A DNA stretch of 64,000 nt from Gemmatimonadota bacterium (GTDB lineage: Bacteria; Gemmatimonadota; Gemmatimonadetes; Longimicrobiales; Gaopeijiaceae): the NCBI GenBank assembly GCA_039030015.1, contig JBCCEZ010000014.1, positions 15,119 to 79,118 on the forward strand. The letters run 5' to 3'. Position numbers and translations under genes: made by a program. Under the pieces are notes generated by a model. It was not told where the DNA came from. It saw only the letters and a list, made by a program, of their open reading frames with translations, and ran no database searches. How positions within the stretch are numbered: the first letter of the stretch is position 1; every line of letters begins with the position of its first letter. Positions 18,317 to 25,904 of this stretch are shown here, one piece after another.

Positions 18317-20152
18317 ATGAAGCTCCACGCGCACGGCGCTCGCGCACGCCTGTATGGTGTGCTCGCGGTGGCCGCTCTGTCTTCGGCTGATTCCGCGGCT
18401 GCTCAAGAGCAGTGGCGGTGGGAGGGCGTCGAGCGGCAGGTGGTGATCCCGGACGTCCACGGCGCCTTCGACGAGTTCGTGCAGCTCCTCAAGGCGACGG
18501 AGGTGGTCGACGAGAACCTCCACTGGATCGGTGGCGAGACCCACCTGGTCAGCCTCGGCGATCTCCTCGATCGGGGCCCGGCTTCGCGCCAGGCGATGGA
18601 TCTGCTCATGCGGCTCGAGGGGCAGGCGGTCGAGGCAGGGGGGCGGGTGCATGTGATCCTCGGTAACCACGAGGAGTTGGTCCTCACGGGCGACCTCCGC
18701 TACGTCTCCGAAGGGGAGTACGACGCCTTCGCTCCGGACGAGACGGAGGAGATGCGAGAGGCGGGGTACGCGTGGTTCCGCGCCGACGCACTCGGGGGTT
18801 CCCCGGACTCGGAGGGGGCGCGAGCCGCCTTCGACAGCGCATTCCCACACGGCTACTTCGGCCTTCGGGCCGGTTTCGCCTCGGACGGGACGTACGGCAG
18901 TTGGCTCCTCGATCTGCCCACGATCATCGTCATCAACAACACCGCCTACGTGCACGCCGGTCTTCCGGAGCTCATCTCGGAGATGTCGCTGGCCGAGGTG
19001 AACGAGCGCGTGTCGGCGGACCTCAACGCGTACGTGGCCACGTGGGAGATGCTCGTCGACGAAGGGCACCTGGCGCCGTACGGCTTCCAGGACCCGGCCG
19101 GAATGGCCGACGAGGCGCTCGAGCTCGCGGAAGACTCCGGAACGTCGATGAACGCGGAGCGCATGAACGCCCTCGAGCACTTCATCGAGATCGACGAGTC
19201 CGCCTTCTTGGGCGGCGACGGACCGATGTGGTACCGGGGTTCGGTGTACTGCAAGCCGATCCTCGAGGGGCCGGTGCTCCACGCGGCGCTCGATCGGTTG
19301 GGTGCGGAGCGGGTCGTCGTGGGGCACACCCCGACCCTCGACCGCCGCGCCCACAGTCTCTTCGACGGCCGTCTGATCATGATGGATACCGGCATGCTCG
19401 TCTCGTACTACGACGGTCGGCCGGCAGCGCTGATCATCGAGGACGGTGAGACGACGGTGTTCGACCTGCAGTCCGGCGAGTGGGCCGCGCCGTCGACCGG
19501 CGGCCAGCCGATCGCGGGACCGTTCAACCGCGCTGCGGCCTTGAACGCGTTGAACGAGGGTGAGGTCACGGTTCTCGAGGAGTCGCGGCGCGGTCCGTGG
19601 CAGGTGCGCATCAGCCACGAGGGGCACGAGGTCGACGCCCTCTTCTACCGGGACGACGCGGGTGAGTTGGAGCAGGCCGCGTACGTCCTCGACGAGCTCC
19701 TGGGCTTCGACATGGTGCCGCCGACCGTGAGCCGCCGCGTCGACGGGAAGAAGGGTGCGCTACAGCTGTGGTATGGGGACGCGGTCACCGAGTCGCAGCG
19801 GATCGCCAACCAGATGGGGATCGGAGGCTTCTGCGCGATCGACCCACAGTTCGACCTGATGTCGATCTTCGACTTCCTCACGTACAACCGCGGCCGGTCC
19901 GAGGACAACGTCCTGTGGCGTCGGAGTCTGTGGAACCTCTACATCACCGGTCACGGCGATGCCTTCGACGACGAACGGCGACTCGGTGATCGAGTCTCGG
20001 AAGTGCTTTTGACGACGCGAACCGAGTCCGCGCTGAGCGCCCTCGATCAGGACACCCTCGAAGAGGCGATGGACGGGCTACTGAACCGGGGTCAGATCCG
20101 CGCGCTCCTGGCTCGCCGCGACGTCATCCTCCGCGAGGCGCGTAGGCGCTGA
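18317..20152 (+). CDS. Secreted calcineurin-like metallophosphoesterase with an uncharacterised C-terminal domain
   Basis: A signal peptide is present. Phosphoesterase motifs are IPDVHG, GDLLDRGP and GNHE. The last roughly 200 aa are unrelated to the phosphatase fold. Confidence 0.85.
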   Translation: MKLHAHGARARLYGVLAVAALSSADSAAAQEQWRWEGVERQVVIPDVHGAFDEFVQLLKATEVVDENLHWIGGETHLVSLGDLLDRGPASRQAMDLLMRLEGQAVEAGGRVHVILGNHEELVLTGDLRYVSEGEYDAFAPDETEEMREAGYAWFRADALGGSPDSEGARAAFDSAFPHGYFGLRAGFASDGTYGSWLLDLPTIIVINNTAYVHAGLPELISEMSLAEVNERVSADLNAYVATWEMLVDEGHLAPYGFQDPAGMADEALELAEDSGTSMNAERMNALEHFIEIDESAFLGGDGPMWYRGSVYCKPILEGPVLHAALDRLGAERVVVGHTPTLDRRAHSLFDGRLIMMDTGMLVSYYDGRPAALIIEDGETTVFDLQSGEWAAPSTGGQPIAGPFNRAAALNALNEGEVTVLEESRRGPWQVRISHEGHEVDALFYRDDAGELEQAAYVLDELLGFDMVPPTVSRRVDGKKGALQLWYGDAVTESQRIANQMGIGGFCAIDPQFDLMSIFDFLTYNRGRSEDNVLWRRSLWNLYITGHGDAFDDERRLGDRVSEVLLTTRTESALSALDQDTLEEAMDGLLNRGQIRALLARRDVILREARRR

Positions 20153-20219
20153 CGGCCGTCCCGTTGCGGGATGGGACCGCGCGGGGCGCGGGCAGTCGGC
20201 GACCCTGAGTCGATCTCCC

Positions 20220-21605
20220 CTACCGGAAGCTCGACGACGGGAAGACGACCAGACTCTCGTGCCCACTCACGCCGACCGTTGCCACCCCGAAGAGGTAGTT
20301 GTCGATCACCATGTTCTCGAGGGTGAACGCCGTCACGTTCCCGACGTATCGGGAGTGCGTCCATTGTGGGGACGTGGTGTCCCGCCAGTAGATCTTGTAG
20401 CCCGCCAAGTTCGGGTCGTCGACCGCGTCCCAGCGGAGCGTGGTCGACGGTCGCACAGCGCCCCCGATGGCGACGTTTTCCGGCTGCGGCGGAGCCCACG
20501 CGAGTGAGGCGAGTACCGTCGCGTTCACGGCGGTGAGTCGGGAAGCGAAGTCGAAGTCGACGCCTTCGATCACGTCGCCGTATTCGATTCCGTCTTCGAC
20601 GCGGATGTCTTGGTGTTGGCGCTCGTACTGCTCGTTCGTCTCCATGATGCGCACGGCCGGGAAGCCGGCGTCGTTGAACGGCCGGTGGTGGCCGCCGCGC
20701 CCGAAGCGGTCGAGTCGGTAGATCATGATCGCGTCCAGATTCGTGAAGTACCGGTCCGTGATGCGGGCGACGTAACGCGCGATCTGCCGGGAGGGACCAT
20801 CGACCTCGCCGCCGAAGATCCGATACCGACGCAGCTCCTCTTCGGGCGCCGTGATCGGGAAGGGCTCGGAGAAGACCCGGAAGGTGTTGTTCTCGATGAC
20901 GCCGTTGATGCCCTCGATGTTGCCGATCATGTCGTTGTTCAGCACACCGACGATGTCCCACCCCTCGTCGTTGGCGACCTGGGCCATGTGCTGGCCGCCC
21001 CAGAGTCCCTGCTCCTCACCCGACAGGCCGACAAGGACGACGCTCGTGGGGAATTCGTACTGGGTGAGGACGCGGGCCGCTTCGATCACGCCCGCCATGC
21101 CCGATGCATTGTCGTTCGCCCCGGGGGCACCGGTCTCGCCGTCCATCGTGTTCGACGCGCGGGAGTCGATGTCCCCGCTCATGATCACGTAGCGATCCGG
21201 ATGCACGGTGCCGCGAATGACCCCGACGACATTGACCACGTTCACGGGCTGAGACAGCCGTCGGACGTCCGCGGGCCGGAAGACTCGCTCCTGATAGAAG
21301 ACCTCCATGCACCCACCGCAATCGGCGGAGATCTGATCCATCTCGGCCTTGATCCACCGACGCGCGGCCCCGATGCCCTGGGTGGCCGATGTCGTGTCGG
21401 ACAGCGTGTTGCGTGTCCCGAATCCTGCGAGCGCCCGGATGTCCGCTTCGATCCGATCGGGCGACGAGGCCTCGATGATGTCGTAGATGCGGAGGTCGGT
21501 CTCGGGCGGGACGGTCTGTGCGTCGAGGGCGAGTGGGGCGAACGCGACGAGGGCCGCGAGTGTCGCAGCGGCTACGCGGGAGGCAGAGCGGTCGATGTCG
21601 GTCAT
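20220..21605 (-). CDS. M28-family aminopeptidase with a C-terminal FN3-like domain
   Basis: A signal peptide is present. GANDNASGMAGVIEAARVL and LSGEEQGLWG are M28 metal and catalytic motifs. The C-terminal beta-rich segment is LRWDAVDDPNLAGYKIYWR. Confidence 0.9.
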   Translation of the reverse strand: MTDIDRSASRVAAATLAALVAFAPLALDAQTVPPETDLRIYDIIEASSPDRIEADIRALAGFGTRNTLSDTTSATQGIGAARRWIKAEMDQISADCGGCMEVFYQERVFRPADVRRLSQPVNVVNVVGVIRGTVHPDRYVIMSGDIDSRASNTMDGETGAPGANDNASGMAGVIEAARVLTQYEFPTSVVLVGLSGEEQGLWGGQHMAQVANDEGWDIVGVLNNDMIGNIEGINGVIENNTFRVFSEPFPITAPEEELRRYRIFGGEVDGPSRQIARYVARITDRYFTNLDAIMIYRLDRFGRGGHHRPFNDAGFPAVRIMETNEQYERQHQDIRVEDGIEYGDVIEGVDFDFASRLTAVNATVLASLAWAPPQPENVAIGGAVRPSTTLRWDAVDDPNLAGYKIYWRDTTSPQWTHSRYVGNVTAFTLENMVIDNYLFGVATVGVSGHESLVVFPSSSFR

Positions 21606-21762
21606 GCGAGGTCAGTCCGTTGTGGAGCTGGAACGGTTCGTCCGTAGGGTGCGGACGGGTCTCACGTCAGCGAAGTCTCCAACGGGAACCCGCGGAGTGC
21701 AAACGGGGCCCGGGCCGGCTCTTCACGAACGACGTCGCGCGCCCGAGCCTCGCCCACTGCCC

Positions 21763-22998
21763 TTACTCGATGGCTTCGTTGCGTACGAAGACCACAGCTC
21801 TTTGGTGCGCAGTCTCGTGGTCACCGACGGGGAAGCTCCCGTCGTACGCCCACGCCAGCCCACCGCCGAGCCCCGTCGCCGACCAAAGCTGCGGGCCGGG
21901 AAAGAGCTCGGGATAAAGCAGCTGCACCAACGACCAGTTCTTCTCACCCCTCCAATCCCAGCCGAACTCTTCGTCCGTGCGGTGGTGTCGGGTCTCCGAG
22001 ATGAAGCACTGTAGTGAGGCGGACAGTCGCCCGAGTTCGTCGGCCGTAGGCAGGCGCCAATCCACGCGTCCAGCGAAGTGTACGCGGCAACGACCGACCT
22101 CGTAGCCGTGGGCGTAGGCCGAGGCCTGCCGCTTTGCTTCGCCGAACATCGCCATGGTGCCCCCCACGTCGTATCCGACGTCGGAGCCGCGGCCGAACAG
22201 CCCTACGGCCTCCGGCCACGTGAGTTGGACTGGCACACCGTGGAAGCGGTCACCCTCCCACTGCATGCCCCACGGCGCGCGGATCATCCGCAGGTTGCTT
22301 TCGACGTGGGAGACCGTCCCATCCTTGTGGTCGACATAGGTGCCGAACGGCGTGTCGTACCGCGCGGGCTCGGCGCCGGCAGGAGCGGTGACCGGACCGA
22401 AGTGGGTGCTCTTCGTCTTCTTGGCTTCGCGGAGGATTTGGGCGGCGGTCTCCTCGGGAGTCGGCGGTGGCGCGGCCGGGACACCGGCTAGTCCGGTGGA
22501 GAATCCCGCTTCGCCGGCCGCGGGCTGGGTATCCCGGACTCCTCCGCTGCCCCGGCGCATCGAATCGACGAGGCCCATGACTGCTGTCGGGTTCGCCACG
22601 TTCTTCCAGACCATCCGACTCCGGTCGTCGCCGGTCCAGAAGGTCAGCGTGCCGAACCCCAACAGGCGACCCGCGACGGACTGTTCGAGGTCGAGGTGTA
22701 CCTGAGGCGAAAGCTCCAGCTGTCGCTGTTGGCGGGCGATGAACCCACTCGTTCCGCGCAACGTGTGATTCCCCACGAGCTCGTACGACTTCGTGAAGCG
22801 GTCGATGGCGACGGCGGTCAGAATGGGGGCCGCACCGAGGAGCAGTCCGATGGCTGAGAGCTCTGCGGGGATCCCGATGGCGGCGGTGACTCCGTCGAAG
22901 AGCTGGCGTTGTACGAGCCAGAGAGCGTACACGCCCATCAACCCCACTCCTGACGTCCAATACGAGCGCCACGCCGGTCGGAAGGTCAGGGAGGTCAT
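21763..22998 (-). CDS. Membrane protein: N-terminal bacterial PH (bPH_2/YdbS-like) domain fused to a C-terminal DUF1566-like domain
   Basis: Two TM helices are followed by RFTKSYELVGNHTLRGTSGFIARQQRQLEL...GFGTLTFWT. A Pro/Ala linker follows. The C-terminus has WRLPTADEL and WSATG, characteristic of DUF1566 (Lcl C-terminal) as I recall it. Confidence 0.7.
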   Translation of the reverse strand: MTSLTFRPAWRSYWTSGVGLMGVYALWLVQRQLFDGVTAAIGIPAELSAIGLLLGAAPILTAVAIDRFTKSYELVGNHTLRGTSGFIARQQRQLELSPQVHLDLEQSVAGRLLGFGTLTFWTGDDRSRMVWKNVANPTAVMGLVDSMRRGSGGVRDTQPAAGEAGFSTGLAGVPAAPPPTPEETAAQILREAKKTKSTHFGPVTAPAGAEPARYDTPFGTYVDHKDGTVSHVESNLRMIRAPWGMQWEGDRFHGVPVQLTWPEAVGLFGRGSDVGYDVGGTMAMFGEAKRQASAYAHGYEVGRCRVHFAGRVDWRLPTADELGRLSASLQCFISETRHHRTDEEFGWDWRGEKNWSLVQLLYPELFPGPQLWSATGLGGGLAWAYDGSFPVGDHETAHQRAVVFVRNEAIE

Positions 22999-23017
22999 GG
23001 TCGGGCGGCGATCGACG

Positions 23018-23881
23018 TCACTGATGGTCTAATCCGAGCCGTCCCAATCCGCCGCCGGCCTTCCACGCGTCGTAGCGGATCCGGAGCGTCGCGACGGGGC
23101 TCGCACTTTCGGTCGCGGCGGTGTTCTCGTCGTCGACATCGATGAAGAGGCTATACTCGCCATCGCTGTGCCCTTCGCCGATCGGATCCTCCGGCAGGGC
23201 GGCCGCGATGTACGCGACGTGGGCCGTCCGGTGCCGGCATCCGGCTTCGGTCTCCGGGACGGGCTGAGAGCGGCAGCTGCAACGCGCATCGCCTCCGGCC
23301 CGCGCCGCGGCCTCCATCCCGGCCATGACGCGATCGACGACGGTGCCGTCGTCGGCCAGCATCGCTTCGACCGCGTCGAGCACGACGTCGTGGTTCTCGA
23401 GGATGTTGCCCTGTACGGCGAAGTAGATGTTCTCGTCGCGCACCTCGGTCTGGACCGCGAGGGAGGCGAAGCCGTTCCGACTGCCCGAGAAGCCCGCCAT
23501 CCGACCCTGCAGGTCGACGATCCCGAACTGTCTACGCTCGAAGTTCGGATCCTCGGAGAGCATCTCGATGATGTCGTCCGGATCGGTGCCCGCCTGGAGC
23601 TGTTCGAAGATCAGCGTCTGGTTTGCGCGCGTACCGTCCACACCGGCTTGAGCTGCCGCCACGCCAACGCCCGGCACGATCACCGCCTGGATGCTCATGA
23701 GACCACCGCGGGTTCGCAGACCTTCCGCGCTCACACAAGTGGCCGAGGCGATGACGACGACGCCGGACGCGGTGTCCACCGCGATGATCGACCACGTGGC
23801 CTCGACCGGCGCCGGACGGACCGCAAAGGCGAGAGCGAGGAGGGCGAAGAGTACGGCTGAAGGGCGCAGTCGGGCGTTCAT
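23018..23881 (-). CDS. Secreted DUF1028-family Ntn-hydrolase-fold protein
   Basis: The signal peptide MNARLRPSAVLFALLALAFAVRPAPVEA is followed directly by TWSIIAVD, the DUF1028 TFSIVA-type N-terminal nucleophile. The ORF-track start at 24007 was replaced by the ATG at 23881. Confidence 0.8.
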   Translation of the reverse strand: MNARLRPSAVLFALLALAFAVRPAPVEATWSIIAVDTASGVVVIASATCVSAEGLRTRGGLMSIQAVIVPGVGVAAAQAGVDGTRANQTLIFEQLQAGTDPDDIIEMLSEDPNFERRQFGIVDLQGRMAGFSGSRNGFASLAVQTEVRDENIYFAVQGNILENHDVVLDAVEAMLADDGTVVDRVMAGMEAAARAGGDARCSCRSQPVPETEAGCRHRTAHVAYIAAALPEDPIGEGHSDGEYSLFIDVDDENTAATESASPVATLRIRYDAWKAGGGLGRLGLDHQ

Positions 23882-23957
23882 GGAGGCTCCGGCGGAGTGT
23901 CGAGCTTGAACCGAAGCGCAACTTCCCGTCGTGCGCCCGGTGGAGCAAGTGAGCCCT

Positions 23958-24824
23958 TCAGCCGTCTCCGAAGCCGAATGCGCCGATGACCTGCTCGAAC
24001 TCCTCACCGATCGACGTCATGAGGTCGGGGAGCTCGGCGGGATCGAGCGAGAGGGCGTCCCAGACGCCGATCCACCGCGGTGGCACCATCCGTTCGCCGC
24101 TTCGACCGAGCTTGAGTGCGTTCGCGATCAGATCGGCCAGATGGATGGTGCACGCATCGACGATGTGCTCTCCCGATTCGGCCGGACGGTGGTGGTACGT
24201 GACGCTGTCGATGAGGCTCGCGGGCAGATTCCACTGACGCATGAGTTCACCCCCGACCTCCCCGTGGTCGAAGCCGACCAACTCCATCTCGGCGTCGTGG
24301 AGCAGGCATTCGTGGTTCTTGGCGTGGCGCAGGATGATGCGCGCGTCGTCCGGGGCCTGGAGGTAGAAGACCAGCCGCCCGACATCGTGCAGCATCCCTG
24401 CAACGAAGTGGCGCTCGAGGTTCGACTCTCGACGCATCTCCGCGAGCAGTCGTGCGCCAATTCCCACGGCGACGCTGTGGCGCCAAAACTCGTCGATGCT
24501 GATCAGGTCGGGTGGGACCGCGCGGAAGACGCTCGTGACGGACGTCGCGAGGGCGATGTCACGCACGTGGGTCGCGCCGATCATCGAGACGGCCTGGTGG
24601 ACCGAGTCGACCGGTCGCGTGAAGGGGAAGTACGCGCTGTTGGCGAGACGAAGGAGCCGCGCCGTCAGCGACGTGTCCTGGCCGATAATCGCGGCGACCT
24701 CGTGGGATCCGGCCCTCGGATCGGCGAGCACCTCGACCAAGCGCTGATAGACGGCGGGCGGAGATCCGAGATTCGGGGCCTGACGAACCATCTCTTTCGG
24801 ATCGAGCGCGGAGATCAGCGACAT
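23958..24824 (-). CDS. HDOD domain-containing signalling protein
   Basis: LLRLANSAYF, AVSMIGA and GMLHDVGRLVF fit the HDOD pattern across the full 288-aa length. Confidence 0.9.
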   Translation of the reverse strand: MSLISALDPKEMVRQAPNLGSPPAVYQRLVEVLADPRAGSHEVAAIIGQDTSLTARLLRLANSAYFPFTRPVDSVHQAVSMIGATHVRDIALATSVTSVFRAVPPDLISIDEFWRHSVAVGIGARLLAEMRRESNLERHFVAGMLHDVGRLVFYLQAPDDARIILRHAKNHECLLHDAEMELVGFDHGEVGGELMRQWNLPASLIDSVTYHHRPAESGEHIVDACTIHLADLIANALKLGRSGERMVPPRWIGVWDALSLDPAELPDLMTSIGEEFEQVIGAFGFGDG

Positions 24825-25001
24825 GCGGCGAGGTGTCAGAGGTGTGTACGGACACGGGGGAGATCCTCTCTCTGACTAGTGTCGGCGCCTGAGTGGGCTT
24901 CACGTAGTCCCAAATACGGATGACATCGGACGATGGGTGCCCGATCTTCATCGGCGTCCCCGCCGACGGGCCGTCACTCCCCCACGACCTCGTACTTCTC
25001 G

Positions 25002-25829
25002 ATGAGCGACACCCTCGTACCCCCTCTCGCGCTCCACGGCTGGTACATGCTCACCCAGTTCGTCGATCTCCCGACTCCGGAGGACGACGAAGACGTCGCG
25101 GCGCGAGCGGAGCGACTAGGCCAGCTCTCGGGACTCCTGGCCGACTGGTCGGACCTCGGCGACTCGGGGTGGAGCGCGCTCTACCGCGTCGTCGGTGGGG
25201 GCACGGACTACATGATCGTGCACCTGCGCCCGACCCTCGAAGAGCTCGGCGACGTCGAGCGCGAACTACGTCTCCACGGAAGCAGCCAGGATCTCGTGAT
25301 TACGGGTGACTACGTCTCGGTCGTCGAACTCGGCTTGTACGGGCACACGCTCGGGCTCGTGAAGCGGGCGCAGGCCGACGGCGTCGAGTTGGGGACGGAC
25401 GAGTGGGGGGAGCGCGTCGACGCCTTTCTCGAAGAGCAGAAGCAGACGGAGTACAGTCTCCGGCGCCTCTACCCGCGTCAGCCGGACACGATGCCGTACA
25501 TCTGCTTCTACCCGATGAACAAGCGGCGTAGCGTCGAACAGAACTGGTACACCCAGACCCTCGCCGAGCGTGCTCGCCTGATGCAGGAGCACGGCAAGAC
25601 CGGCCGGGGCTACGCCGGCAAGGTGTCCCAAATCATCTCCGGCTCCGTCGGTCTCGACGATTGGGAGTGGGCGGTGACGCTCTTCTCCGGAGATCCGATC
25701 CACTTCAAGGACCTCGTCACGGAGATGCGCTACGATGAGGTGACGTCGGTCTATGGGGAGTTCGGGAGCTTCTGGGTGGGGCACCGGATCGCAGGCGATG
25801 CGATCGCGGGGGAGTTAGCGGGCGACTGA
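25002..25829 (+). CDS. hemQ: Coproheme decarboxylase / hydrogen-peroxide-dependent heme synthase (chlorite-dismutase family)
   Basis: GWYMLTQF, MPYICFYPMNKRR, NWYTQTLAERARLMQEHG, ISGSVGLDDWEWAVTLF and MRYDEVTSVYGEFG are present. The start was moved to the ATG at 25002. Confidence 0.9.
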   Translation: MSDTLVPPLALHGWYMLTQFVDLPTPEDDEDVAARAERLGQLSGLLADWSDLGDSGWSALYRVVGGGTDYMIVHLRPTLEELGDVERELRLHGSSQDLVITGDYVSVVELGLYGHTLGLVKRAQADGVELGTDEWGERVDAFLEEQKQTEYSLRRLYPRQPDTMPYICFYPMNKRRSVEQNWYTQTLAERARLMQEHGKTGRGYAGKVSQIISGSVGLDDWEWAVTLFSGDPIHFKDLVTEMRYDEVTSVYGEFGSFWVGHRIAGDAIAGELAGD

Positions 25830-25845
25830 TCTGGACGAGGCGCAG

Positions 25846-25867
25846 CGGCCGGCCTTACCCTGCCGGC
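25846..25867 (+). terminator. Hairpin after hemQ
   Basis: GGCCGGC-CTTACCCT-GCCGGCC forms a 7-bp GC stem 17 nt after the stop. There is no U-tract. Confidence 0.35.
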
Positions 25868-25904
25868 CCACGCTACGAATCCCGCGCTCGCGGAGCCTCG
25901 ACCC

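Noticed and set aside
17867-19627. A 586-aa minus-strand ORF.
   Set aside because: It is antisense to the metallophosphoesterase gene, which has the DVHG/GDLLDRGP/GNHE motifs. The composition is shadow-like (R, V, H, E, D).
21606-21762. Short hairpins (CGTCCG-tagggtg-CGGACG and the GGCCCGGGCC palindrome) between the M28 peptidase gene and the bPH/DUF1566 gene.
   Set aside because: The stems are only 5-6 bp, or palindromes without a loop, and there is no U-tract. In a sequence this GC-rich they are not distinguishable from chance.
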